This document shows, piece after piece, positions 17,048 through 25,974 of a DNA stretch of 64,000 nt. The DNA comes from a virus (lineage: Duplodnaviria > Heunggongvirae > Uroviricota > Caudoviricetes). Numbering within the stretch: position 1 is the first letter of the stretch; every line of letters begins with the position of its first letter. The stretch is from the IMG/VR virus record IMGVR_UViG_3300032007_000008. One strand, 5' to 3'. The notes under the pieces were generated by a model, which worked only from the letters and a program-made list of their open reading frames with translations, searched no databases and was not told where the DNA came from. The translations under genes and the position numbers were made by a program.

Positions 17048-17410
17048 ATGAGTGACGAATGCTTGGAGAAAAAGAAGAAATCCCGCAATAGAAGGGTGTA
17101 TGATTGCGAGCATTTCGAATTCGAGTACGACGATTGGGGAAAATACGCATGGTGCCACTGCATGGACAATCCAGACCGCGAGTGCATGGTTGAGTGGAAG
17201 ACCTGCATTGACCTCTGTCCGTTCTATAAGAAGAAAAAAGGTTCATATAGAATGTTCGAATACACGAAAACAGACGAGTATCTCAGAAAAGAGTTCAAGG
17301 AGAAGCTTGCAGACAAGTTCAATGAGGTGGAACGCAGATTCGCATCCCTCACAAACGAGCTGAAGCGATACACGAACGCCGTTGCAAGCTACAGAAAGGC
17401 TTTGAAATGA
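17048..17410 (+). CDS. Hypothetical Cys-rich protein
   Basis: The ORF is contiguous with its neighbours. Confidence 0.5.
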   Translation: MSDECLEKKKKSRNRRVYDCEHFEFEYDDWGKYAWCHCMDNPDRECMVEWKTCIDLCPFYKKKKGSYRMFEYTKTDEYLRKEFKEKLADKFNEVERRFASLTNELKRYTNAVASYRKALK

Positions 17411-17751
17411 GCGATTGCATGGGAGATGTTGCAAAGATTATGGAAAGGGTAATGATGGTCTTAAAGTCTGTACTCATAGGTGTGCCTGTGCTGTTTCTAA
17501 TAACGGCTGGTGCGTTCGGTGCATGGAACCTTACGAACAGGCACTATGAAATCCACCCTGAGAGGTACAAAACCGAGATAATCGTGGATGATTCCGCAAA
17601 AATACCGTTCGCCGTGTCAAACGTCCTTGACCGTGTATTGTCAAAAGGATTCATACTGACATCCCTAAAGGTGGAGAAGGACGGATTGAACGGAAATTTC
17701 AAGGTGAAATGCTATGGTTCGGAACTTGCCGACATTCTGAGTCTCGAATAG
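17407..17751 (+). CDS. Membrane protein (one TM helix)
   Basis: There is an ATGA overlap and a hydrophobic segment. Confidence 0.5.
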   Translation: MSDCMGDVAKIMERVMMVLKSVLIGVPVLFLITAGAFGAWNLTNRHYEIHPERYKTEIIVDDSAKIPFAVSNVLDRVLSKGFILTSLKVEKDGLNGNFKVKCYGSELADILSLE

Positions 17752-17760
17752 GTGCGCGTC

Positions 17761-17928
17761 ATGTGTCTTACCATGAGAAAGAGAATTGACGGAAGATGGT
17801 GCCTTCTACTGAACGCCACCGAATATGCTACATCCACGGTCGTTCTTCGAGTATTCGAAACTCAGCACGAGGCGTGGAAATATGGATTCCAATATGCATG
17901 CTTTAAATACATTCCTTTTCACTATTAA
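17761..17928 (+). CDS. Hypothetical small protein (55 aa)
   Basis: The RBS-like aggtg is 7 nt upstream. It fills a gap in the gene array. Confidence 0.3.
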   Translation: MCLTMRKRIDGRWCLLLNATEYATSTVVLRVFETQHEAWKYGFQYACFKYIPFHY

Positions 17929-17941
17929 AATGGAGATTTAA

Positions 17942-18463
17942 ATGAGACGTGTTTTCATCATACGAAAAGACCTTAATCTTAGTCCAGGAAAACTTGCGGC
18001 AATGGTTGGGCATTGTGCGGAGGCTTATTGGACGAACCTTTTAAAAAAGGCGTCTGTTGACAATACGGCAAACGTTGTTGACAAACCCTATAAAACACTT
18101 GAGCTTAAGCTGGACATTCCGTTCAACGTATGGACTGAATATGCCCTTGGGACATTCACGAAGACGATATGCGAAGCCAAGAACCTCAATCATCTTCTAA
18201 AGGTCAGGGACTACATAGACGAATTCAATGCAGAAGCACCATGTGGCAAAGACCAGCTTCTAAAAGAGGGAATCGACTATGGGTTCATAAACGACATGTG
18301 CCTTACCGAGCTTAAGCCTGAGAATGCGGATGGAAGCACGACGGTCGGCGTGTGGTTTGCTCCGAAGCCAGATTGGATTGCGTTTAGGTTCAGCAAAAAA
18401 TACAAGCTGTACGGTGTTTTTGACAAGGAAAAATCCTCCAATGAAAATCAAAACGCAGGTTGA
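17942..18463 (+). CDS. Peptidyl-tRNA hydrolase, PTH2 family-like
   Basis: VFIIRKDLNLSPGKLAAMVGHCAEAY matches the PTH2 core VVRTDLxMGKGKIAAQCSHAA. A later segment, DGSTTVGVWFAPKP, resembles the PTH2 C-terminal motif. Confidence 0.6.
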   Translation: MRRVFIIRKDLNLSPGKLAAMVGHCAEAYWTNLLKKASVDNTANVVDKPYKTLELKLDIPFNVWTEYALGTFTKTICEAKNLNHLLKVRDYIDEFNAEAPCGKDQLLKEGIDYGFINDMCLTELKPENADGSTTVGVWFAPKPDWIAFRFSKKYKLYGVFDKEKSSNENQNAG

Positions 18464-18653
18464 GATAGAAATACCGGATTCGGAAATCCTGTCAACGATA
18501 ATCGACCAAATGTTCCTTTCCAACAGGACAGGCGACGATGGATGGGTATGCTGGAGCAAAAAAGAGGATTATGTCGCATATCTATATAACGCGGCTAAGG
18601 AAAAGAGGAAAATCTCGACCAGGGTCGTCATGAACGAATTCGTAAACGATTAG
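18441..18653 (+). CDS. Hypothetical protein (70 aa)
   Basis: The internal ATG with the RBS aaggaaaaa was chosen. It overlaps the upstream gene. Confidence 0.45.
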   Translation: MKIKTQVEIEIPDSEILSTIIDQMFLSNRTGDDGWVCWSKKEDYVAYLYNAAKEKRKISTRVVMNEFVND

Positions 18654-18660
18654 CAAACAC

Positions 18661-19302
18661 ATGGGCGAATACACGACAACGCGAAGTAAGGACATTCTGA
18701 TAGAAAAAGCGGCAGCGTCTTTTCTCGACGAATATTTCTACTCTAAAGCCGCACTTGCGTCTGGTGTCGAATTTCGAAGGACATCCGACAAGGATGAACA
18801 GCTTAGGGGCGTGGATGTCGTATATGGAAAATTCAAACTGGATGAAAAGGTTAAGATAAAGGGATATATCAACAGGATTCTTGAATATCCGTCATTCGAG
18901 CTGTCGTTCGTCAACAGAAGCGGTCGCGTTCAGGTCGGTTGGGTTGCCGACAAAAACCGAGAGACGGACTACTATGTGTTCATAGCGGTTTTTGCGGACA
19001 TAGAGGATGAATATCAGCTTACAAAAGACAGCATAAAGAAACTCAATCTTCTGTTCGTAAAAAAGGAAGACCTCTTCATGCACATCGCAAACAGCAAAAG
19101 CAAGGTGTGGGAGGATTCTCTACGGCTTAGAAAATCTAGCTTCATAGACAGGATTGACTACCCGCACGACGAGTTCTACCTGAAAATGTCTCGGAAATTT
19201 TCCGAGTCGCCCATAAACATAGTGTACAGAAGATACGTATTAAAGGGTTTCGAACACACCAAAGAAGTTGAAGTGACAAGAGAAGGATACAGAATAATAT
19301 GA
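18661..19302 (+). CDS. Hypothetical protein (213 aa)
   Basis: The ORF is clean. Confidence 0.55.
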   Translation: MGEYTTTRSKDILIEKAAASFLDEYFYSKAALASGVEFRRTSDKDEQLRGVDVVYGKFKLDEKVKIKGYINRILEYPSFELSFVNRSGRVQVGWVADKNRETDYYVFIAVFADIEDEYQLTKDSIKKLNLLFVKKEDLFMHIANSKSKVWEDSLRLRKSSFIDRIDYPHDEFYLKMSRKFSESPINIVYRRYVLKGFEHTKEVEVTREGYRII

Positions 19303-19703
19303 AAACAGACAAGAATGGAATCACTACTGTAGCTATCGTAGCAGCATTCGCAGCTGCTCTGATATGCGGATGCGCATCACCGCAGAATCAGACATACGAT
19401 GTAAATGTCTACATACAGAACGTCGAACGAAACGGAGTTGCCGTATATGAGAATTGGCGCAATGACAGCTTTTGGAATGGGAACGACAGTGGAGACCACT
19501 ATGTCATATGGTATGAACATTCCCCAAACGGAGGAAAGACCGTTGGATTGCACTTCGTAGGCGGAAAATACGACAAGGATAACGCCGTGAGAGGTGTAAG
19601 CTGTCTATTGCGAAACATAGTAAACGGCGGAAACAACTCACACAACATACACCGTCTGTACGTTACTGATACGGAACGACTTACAACTCTTCGATTGAAA
19701 TAA
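19299..19703 (+). CDS. Lipoprotein (signal peptide followed by the lipobox LICGC)
   Basis: The N-terminus reads MKTDKNGITTVAIVAAFAAALICGCAS. Confidence 0.6.
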   Translation: MKTDKNGITTVAIVAAFAAALICGCASPQNQTYDVNVYIQNVERNGVAVYENWRNDSFWNGNDSGDHYVIWYEHSPNGGKTVGLHFVGGKYDKDNAVRGVSCLLRNIVNGGNNSHNIHRLYVTDTERLTTLRLK

Positions 19704-19707
19704 ACAA

Positions 19708-19738
19708 AGGCTCGCGGTTTCCGCGAGCCTCTTTTATC
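19708..19738. terminator. Bidirectional rho-independent terminator (ggctcgcgg-ttt-ccgcgagcc followed by a T-run)
   Basis: A perfect 9-bp stem lies between convergent genes. Confidence 0.8.
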
Positions 19739-19756
19739 AGAATTGATAATGAACGC

Positions 19757-20140
19757 TTAGTTCCAGTCGCTCACTATCTCTTCACCCTCGAAACGCCCCT
19801 CGTCAACTTTCGTTCCATCATCGTCTTCCGCATCTGGGTCGTATGTGAATCCTGTTGTCTGTATAAACAAGAAATCATATCCTCCGTCGGTGTTCTGCTG
19901 TGGTTCGGTTACGCACCAACCGCTCTCCCATTCAAGCGGAGCGTATTCGCGCTTGACATATGCATTTGCCTCTGAAGCGGATTCGAAGCTCTTTCTCAAA
20001 ATCTCTTCACGGTCAACCTCTTCTCCGTTTTCATCTTCGTATACTCGGCTTACAACTATGGAAAAATCAGGCTTCCCCATGGATTCGTATGCCTCGCATA
20101 TCTTTCTGCGTTCTTCTAGTGTCATATTTGTTGATTGCAA
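19757..20140 (-). CDS. Hypothetical acidic protein (127 aa)
   Basis: A minus-strand ORF lies between the terminator and the divergent promoter region. Confidence 0.55.
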   Translation of the reverse strand: MQSTNMTLEERRKICEAYESMGKPDFSIVVSRVYEDENGEEVDREEILRKSFESASEANAYVKREYAPLEWESGWCVTEPQQNTDGGYDFLFIQTTGFTYDPDAEDDDGTKVDEGRFEGEEIVSDWN

Positions 20141-20201
20141 TTGTGTTGCTACTATTTAGTCCTTCCCAATGGGATAAATATGTAGTATAATTTACATCGC
20201 T

Positions 20202-20405
20202 ATGAGAATCATAATCGACATCGAAGACGACAAGCCTGGCAACTATGAATATACGTGGCCGAAACAGCAGATTCAAAGGGACAATGGTTGGGTAAACGGA
20301 TATGACCCGTGCGAAAACTGCCCAAACAACGTCAAAAATGGTGGTAGTGGCATATGCCACTGCGCACTTCCTGCAATGTACGGTCCTTGGAGAGTCACCT
20401 GCTAA
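20202..20405 (+). CDS. Hypothetical Cys-containing small protein
   Basis: A tagtataat -10 element lies 12 nt upstream of the ATG, so the leader is short. Confidence 0.45.
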   Translation: MRIIIDIEDDKPGNYEYTWPKQQIQRDNGWVNGYDPCENCPNNVKNGGSGICHCALPAMYGPWRVTC

Positions 20406-20413
20406 ATAGCTGC

Positions 20414-20713
20414 ATGGACTCAGAAAATACCGACAAAAGGCAAAATCCCGACGCTCTGGACGACCTGTCCTTCTGGTCTCTTCTGAAAAATGACGACCAG
20501 GATGCATTGCAAAAGCTGTACCCGCCGTTACCTGACGGTTATTTCGACGGAAAGGGCGACATTTTCGAAAAGGAAAAGAACATTTTCGAAAAATACAGAG
20601 ACGCTAAGGTCAAGCCATATTTCACAACCAGGGATTTTGGCCGAAAGGTTGGCGAAGACGGAAAGAGCAGACCTGTTGTCGGTTATGAAATAGGAATAAA
20701 AATAAGTTTTTAG
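20414..20713 (+). CDS. Hypothetical protein (99 aa)
   Basis: This is the internal ATG of ORF 20354..20713. Confidence 0.4.
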   Translation: MDSENTDKRQNPDALDDLSFWSLLKNDDQDALQKLYPPLPDGYFDGKGDIFEKEKNIFEKYRDAKVKPYFTTRDFGRKVGEDGKSRPVVGYEIGIKISF

Positions 20714-20716
20714 CCA

Positions 20717-20745
20717 TTCCCAAACAGCTATGTTTGTGGTATAAT
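20717..20745 (+). promoter_or_regulatory. Promoter TTCCCA-N17-TATAAT with extended TGtGg
   Basis: tgtggtataat ends at 20745. The same -35/-10 pair drives pncB on the minus strand. Confidence 0.5.
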
Positions 20746-20768
20746 GGTGAGCAAAAGGAGATACCACA

Positions 20769-21701
20769 ATGAGCGAACACAATTGGGACAAAAGATTCAT
20801 TGAACTCGCGCAGTTCATATCATCATGGAGCAAAGACCCCTCCAGTAAGATTGGAGCGGTCATTGTCGATGAAAATCGACGCATAATATCTACAGGCTAC
20901 AACGGATTCGCACGTTGGGTTGCAGACCATGAGCATCGCTACGAAAACAGGGAGCTTAAATACAAGATGGTTCTCCATGCAGAGGAGAACGCAATACTGT
21001 TTGCAAAGCAGAATCTCGACGGATGTTCAATCTACATAAATGTCATGCCGCCATGCTCACATTGCGCAGCACTCATAATACAGAGTGGAATCGCGAATGT
21101 CTTCGTTCCGAAATGCCCGATTCCGGATAGGTGGAAGGACAGCATCGAACTTACGGAGCAGATGTTCTACGAGGCCGGAGTCACTCTGCATTTCGTGGAT
21201 ATGGGATGTGATGGCCCTACTGAGAAAGAAAGGCTTAACGAAGAGAACGAACGGTTCTCGTCCCTTTCGCAAAACGAGCAGAAACAGATTCGAGAGAATT
21301 CTGTTTCGGAGATTAACGAAAAGTATTCGGGTAAATCCCTCGGCGAGATAGAAACCGAAATCAAGGAGAACCGTCGGAAGAACCCTGAAATGATTTCAAA
21401 GAGCATCCAAAGCCGCAGAACGAAAATGCTTACCGTGAGAAAGCTAATCGATTACCTCAAGACGCAGAATCCAGATGCATGCGTCATGGGGTATGAGCCG
21501 AATTCGTTCGGATTCATAGAACAGCTTCCAGACCTGCCAAACAAGTCAATCTGCACCGTGAAAGAGGACAGGGAGAGGGAAAGACAGTTTCTCCTTGGAC
21601 AGTGGTACAGAAACTCCGCAGATGCCGAAAAGAAATGCGAAGACGACATTGCTGAAACATACAGATACTGCAATGATGACGACGTAATCATACGCTTCTG
21701 A
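20769..21701 (+). CDS. dCMP/cytidine deaminase-family zinc enzyme with a C-terminal extension of about 150 aa of unknown function
   Basis: The zinc-binding motifs HAEENAI and PCSHCAALIIQSGI are present. The RBS is aaaaggagatacc. Confidence 0.75.
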   Translation: MSEHNWDKRFIELAQFISSWSKDPSSKIGAVIVDENRRIISTGYNGFARWVADHEHRYENRELKYKMVLHAEENAILFAKQNLDGCSIYINVMPPCSHCAALIIQSGIANVFVPKCPIPDRWKDSIELTEQMFYEAGVTLHFVDMGCDGPTEKERLNEENERFSSLSQNEQKQIRENSVSEINEKYSGKSLGEIETEIKENRRKNPEMISKSIQSRRTKMLTVRKLIDYLKTQNPDACVMGYEPNSFGFIEQLPDLPNKSICTVKEDRERERQFLLGQWYRNSADAEKKCEDDIAETYRYCNDDDVIIRF

Positions 21702-21717
21702 CGAAAGGAATGCTGAA

Positions 21718-22290
21718 ATGGTAGAGGTTAATTTTGATGAGGTTATAGCGTTCGTGGAGGCGAACGGAGGAGCTGGCGTTTCGAAAATTCGACAGTTGTG
21801 CGACCACCTTGACGGAATAATTCAGGATTACAAGGACATGCACTATATCCGAGTGGAAATCAACAACAGAAAAGGTCGCGTCGTTGACGAAATACGAAAA
21901 AGGTTCCCGCAGTTCACGTCTTGGTGGAGGGGTGACGAAAACACAATCGGAACAAACTATGTTCTAGTTCCGGCTTCCATGTGGAACGACGAAACGAAAA
22001 ACGAGCTTTCTAAATTCGACTCATTCGTCGGCCATCACATAGAATCCCACAAGGAGTGGCGCGTTAAAAAAGACGCGAAGCTTTCCACATACTACACGGC
22101 CAACCGTGACCGCTGGACCGACAGGGAGCTATTCAACCGCGAACACAATGAACACCCAGACTGGTTCGAAGAGGTTGAAGTCGTTACATCGGAATGGACT
22201 GCGGAACTCAGGGTGATAGACTCTAGGGAATACACCAAGGACTATAGCTCAAAAGGACAGATTTTCAGATTGGAAGAAAACCGTTCGTAA
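21718..22290 (+). CDS. Hypothetical protein (190 aa)
   Basis: The ORF is clean. Confidence 0.55.
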   Translation: MVEVNFDEVIAFVEANGGAGVSKIRQLCDHLDGIIQDYKDMHYIRVEINNRKGRVVDEIRKRFPQFTSWWRGDENTIGTNYVLVPASMWNDETKNELSKFDSFVGHHIESHKEWRVKKDAKLSTYYTANRDRWTDRELFNREHNEHPDWFEEVEVVTSEWTAELRVIDSREYTKDYSSKGQIFRLEENRS

Positions 22291-22329
22291 AGAGCGATAT
22301 TCCAAAAGGAGACTAATAAAGGGCGTACA

Positions 22330-22605
22330 ATGGACAGAAATGCAAGACTTGAATATGTGAATTCCATTAGGAACAACATCGAAAACTGCGTACATGGCGA
22401 AGAAAGCCTGTATGACTTCTTCGAAGGGTCGATATATGGAGAGGATTCAGACGGGAACTACATCATCGGATATGGTGTTTCCGGAAGCTCGAACGTCGTT
22501 CTGTCCACGGAGTGTGTCATGTTCGGAGACGTGGAATCAGAACCGTTCTCTGAGGAAACGTCATTCGCACTTAAAGAATTTAAAGACAGCTTGGACAACT
22601 GCTGA
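22330..22605 (+). CDS. Hypothetical protein (91 aa)
   Basis: The RBS is aaagggcgtacaatg. Confidence 0.5.
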   Translation: MDRNARLEYVNSIRNNIENCVHGEESLYDFFEGSIYGEDSDGNYIIGYGVSGSSNVVLSTECVMFGDVESEPFSEETSFALKEFKDSLDNC

Positions 22606-22871
22606 TGATAAACGCCGTTATGATAGTGTCATATTTCGGAGTGATGTTGCTGCTCATTCTATTCGCGTTCTGTGTGCATTTCACAGTTCGATATCGCGAT
22701 ATGCTGGTGCTATATTTCGTCAGGTCGAACGGCTTTGTGGATGATTGGAAAACTGTATCTGAAACGGTTAGAAGGATTGACGGAAACCCGTTTCCCGAAA
22801 TGACGCAGGATATATATGAAAACGAACGCAGGAAATACATCGAACGACTTAGAGGAGAATCCAATAGTTGA
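22605..22871 (+). CDS. Small membrane protein
   Basis: The N-terminus is hydrophobic, and there is an ATGA overlap. Confidence 0.5.
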   Translation: MINAVMIVSYFGVMLLLILFAFCVHFTVRYRDMLVLYFVRSNGFVDDWKTVSETVRRIDGNPFPEMTQDIYENERRKYIERLRGESNS

Positions 22872-22996
22872 ATTCGACTCTTGCTCATTCGCATCCATGG
22901 GGGAATGGATGCGAATAAACTGGATTTTGTCAAAGATGGATTCAGAAAAAGCCGCTAAGATAGCTAAACGCCACAACTGGAAGATTGTGAGAAAGA

Positions 22997-23389
22997 ATGA
23001 AGACGAAAGTTAGCATAACCGATTTCCTAAAGCTCGTGAAATACAAGCCAAAGCATATCGGCGGGAGCCTTCTCGGAGTTAGAATCGTAGAATTTCGCGG
23101 ACGTGGGCGCAAAAAGGCGCACCTAGAATACGAAGAAGAGTACGACGAATGTGTCGAACCTGGGGGAAGCAGCGGTCAAAACAAAGGCTTCTACATATAT
23201 TTTGAAATATTGGACCTCAGCGGCTACAAAGATGGAGATGTCATACCGCTTAAGTCGGATATACGGTCGTCCGTAGTGTGGACATACTGCAAAACCCCTT
23301 CCGACTACGAAAATGCTGCGGCTCAGATAAACACCGCCCTTGGGTCATTGTACAGAAGAAAAACCATTGACATACCGCCATCTATTTGA
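22997..23389 (+). CDS. Hypothetical protein (130 aa)
   Basis: The RBS is gagaaag. Confidence 0.5.
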   Translation: MKTKVSITDFLKLVKYKPKHIGGSLLGVRIVEFRGRGRKKAHLEYEEEYDECVEPGGSSGQNKGFYIYFEILDLSGYKDGDVIPLKSDIRSSVVWTYCKTPSDYENAAAQINTALGSLYRRKTIDIPPSI

Positions 23390-23395
23390 TATCAT
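23367..23395 (+). promoter_or_regulatory. Promoter TTGACA-N17-TATCAT with extended TGa
   Basis: ttgaca 23367-23372 and tatcat 23390-23395. Confidence 0.5.
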
Positions 23396-23427
23396 AGTTG
23401 GCGTATCAAAGACCTAAAGGAGAACCG

Positions 23428-23892
23428 ATGGAAACGAAAAACAGCGAATACAGCTCAATTCTCGGCACGATGGAGAAGAGCGGAGTAATAGACACAACCC
23501 CAAATCCGCTGACCGGCGAGGAAGAGGACAACAAGCGTGTAGTTGACCTCCATGACAGAAAAGAGCTTGAACCGCATCTTGCGCACTTCATGCAGCATTC
23601 TGTGGCTAGGAACATACAGCCAACTCTTGAAGTCGTGCTAGACTACCTGTATAGCAAAAAGACTTACAGCGAACGTGACGATTTCGTTAGAATAGAGCGC
23701 ATGATTGAGCTTATCAAGGAAGGAAACATGTATCCAGACCTAACGGTCGAAGTCCTCGAATATGCCCTCTCCGTGGAGAAAGCCGCAATCTCGGTCTTGA
23801 AGGAAAATATGGATAAGGTTGATGCATCTGAAAGCCTGAAGCGTCTTCAGTCTGCACTCGCATTGAGGCTTGAGGAAGAAAAGGACATATGA
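23428..23892 (+). CDS. Hypothetical protein (154 aa)
   Basis: The RBS aaaggagaacc is 5 nt before the ATG. Confidence 0.6.
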   Translation: METKNSEYSSILGTMEKSGVIDTTPNPLTGEEEDNKRVVDLHDRKELEPHLAHFMQHSVARNIQPTLEVVLDYLYSKKTYSERDDFVRIERMIELIKEGNMYPDLTVEVLEYALSVEKAAISVLKENMDKVDASESLKRLQSALALRLEEEKDI

Positions 23893-24320
23893 CAAAATAC
23901 GAATTTCTAAAAAACGAGAAGGTTGGCAAGTACATATACCAAAATGCGCTTGTAAGAAATATTGACGTAGTTTCAGACGGAATTCATGGAGGATTTACGT
24001 CAATGGTCGAGTTTCAATGCGATGAAACTCCAAAAGGCGAATTCAACTGCAAACCCTACAATATTCAAGTTACGATTCCATTCAAGCGACTCGGAGATTT
24101 CCTAGCGGTGTTTAACGAATACAATACAGAACGCGGAAAATTCGATATTGTTTCGAAGGTACACAACTCACTATCGTCCATAGTCGGATGCTATGCGCGT
24201 CTTTGTATATATGAGGTTCCAGATGAGGAGATGCACCAGCTTTCGGACAAATACGAGCTTGTTGCAATCAGAAACATAGTCTTCAACAGAGATTCGCAAA
24301 CATACGTTTTGGACAGATGA
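23889..24320 (+). CDS. Hypothetical protein (143 aa)
   Basis: There is an ATGA overlap. Confidence 0.55.
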   Translation: MTKYEFLKNEKVGKYIYQNALVRNIDVVSDGIHGGFTSMVEFQCDETPKGEFNCKPYNIQVTIPFKRLGDFLAVFNEYNTERGKFDIVSKVHNSLSSIVGCYARLCIYEVPDEEMHQLSDKYELVAIRNIVFNRDSQTYVLDR

Positions 24321-24724
24321 ACATACAATCACCATTCGGAAGCAATTCCACAGAAGGATTTTTCACTCCGTTTTCGCCGGACACCCCTCCTTCGGAAATG
24401 AAGATTCCAGAAGCGAAGCCGTTCATACAGACGAAGGGCGAGGCACTGCATACCGTAGATACTGCGAAAAACCCAAACGGAGCGTTTTCATCTCTAATCG
24501 ACAGGCTTAATGCCATTCCTACAAAGGGACTTACTCCGTTCGCCGCACAGAGAGACGGAAACACGATAACGATAGGCAGGATGAAAAGCATACCTGCGGA
24601 GGATGCCGAACGGATTGTTGGAGAAGAAGAACGTAAGCGCAAAGAGCAGATGATACACAAACTCAAGAGCAGCGGAATACTGCCGGAATCCAAATTGAAG
24701 GACGAGCATGAGAATATGGACTAG
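24317..24724 (+). CDS. Hypothetical protein (135 aa)
   Basis: There is an ATGA overlap. Confidence 0.55.
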   Translation: MNIQSPFGSNSTEGFFTPFSPDTPPSEMKIPEAKPFIQTKGEALHTVDTAKNPNGAFSSLIDRLNAIPTKGLTPFAAQRDGNTITIGRMKSIPAEDAERIVGEEERKRKEQMIHKLKSSGILPESKLKDEHENMD

Positions 24725-25160
24725 CTATTTCGGAAACAGAAAGCTTCCGAACGAACTTCCGAAAATTTCAATAGCCGGGAAACCCCCCAGCGGATGGAGG
24801 GAAAGCGGAAGGCCGGAATATAAGAAACTCGCACCAAAATACACTTGGTGGAAACAATGGCACGACAACCACCTATCTGAATCATGGTACATAGGGCAGT
24901 ACAGCGATACCGTTTTAAAGGGGCTTTCCGTTCCAGAAGTCGTGGAAGAGCTAAAGGCACTTGCAGGAGGCTCTGACGAGTTCTGTCTTCTATGTTATGA
25001 AAAGCCCTCCGACAACTGGTTTTGCCACAGGCAGATAGTTCGTGGATGGATTAACGACTACTACAGGTCTCAGATGATGCGTGGATGGATGTCTTATGAA
25101 TGGAAAGAAGATTTTAAGGAAGGAGAGAAGCCGACATTTGTACAAATGGAGCTTCTGTAG
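24708..25160 (+). CDS. Hypothetical protein (150 aa)
   Basis: The ATG overlaps the end of the upstream gene. Confidence 0.5.
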   Translation: MRIWTSYFGNRKLPNELPKISIAGKPPSGWRESGRPEYKKLAPKYTWWKQWHDNHLSESWYIGQYSDTVLKGLSVPEVVEELKALAGGSDEFCLLCYEKPSDNWFCHRQIVRGWINDYYRSQMMRGWMSYEWKEDFKEGEKPTFVQMELL

Positions 25161-25169
25161 AATTTAACC

Positions 25170-25496
25170 ATGGAACACAGTGAAGACAAAAAGATAACGT
25201 TTTTCGACAGATGCGAAAATGTCGGAAGGTCCATTCTCGGAGATTCGTTCAAGGGTGTGGAGTTTCCAGACAATCAGCCGATAGTCGTACTTCGCTCGAC
25301 GGACGACAGCAAGACGGTCGCAATGGGGGACAACATGATAGAATGCCTGTGGAAGGCACTAAATGCCGAGAACGACATGAGCGAATGGGAAAAGCGCATG
25401 GTGTGCAACTGGTATCTCGAATCAGACGGAGATTTCGCAAACACGCTGTATGGTCTTGTACGTCCGAAGCTGTTTCCGTTCGAAAAGAAGATTTAG
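25170..25496 (+). CDS. Hypothetical protein (108 aa)
   Basis: The ORF is contiguous with its neighbours. Confidence 0.5.
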   Translation: MEHSEDKKITFFDRCENVGRSILGDSFKGVEFPDNQPIVVLRSTDDSKTVAMGDNMIECLWKALNAENDMSEWEKRMVCNWYLESDGDFANTLYGLVRPKLFPFEKKI

Positions 25497-25509
25497 AGGA
25501 AACATAACC

Positions 25510-25974
25510 ATGACAACAAACAAAGAGCATGAATGGCTTGAGGCCACCTACAACACCGACGCCAACGACTACGACAACAGGAATAACAATCAGACCGTAA
25601 AGTTCCGAATGACCATAACCGATGATACGTTTATAGACGACATTATCGACGCGGCATATAAAGCGATACCTGGCGGTACAGACCTTGACGAATATCCAAA
25701 CCTGGAAATACTCCAAATAGTGGACGAGGATGGTGCTCGAATCGTCGGAGAGGATGAGAAGACTGCAATCAAGATTCTGAAGGAGACATGTACGGAATTC
25801 AGGGTTTTTCCGTGCGCAAAATACACACTCACTCCTCAGGCCATACTCATGGCCGTGTTCGATGACAACAACGTTTCTGTAAGCTGGGAGAAGACACAGA
25901 AGATTTTTGAAGAGTTCATGCGCATGATGGAAAAGCACGGATATGTGAAGAAGCGCGAAGAATCGGAGGATTGA
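25510..25974 (+). CDS. Hypothetical protein (154 aa)
   Basis: The RBS agaggaaac is present. This is the internal ATG of ORF 25450..25974. Confidence 0.55.
   Translation: MTTNKEHEWLEATYNTDANDYDNRNNNQTVKFRMTITDDTFIDDIIDAAYKAIPGGTDLDEYPNLEILQIVDEDGARIVGEDEKTAIKILKETCTEFRVFPCAKYTLTPQAILMAVFDDNNVSVSWEKTQKIFEEFMRMMEKHGYVKKREESED

Noticed and set aside
22897-23013. A 38-aa ORF between genes 22605..22871 and 22997..23389
   Set aside because: It has no RBS and overlaps the start of the next gene, so the support is insufficient.
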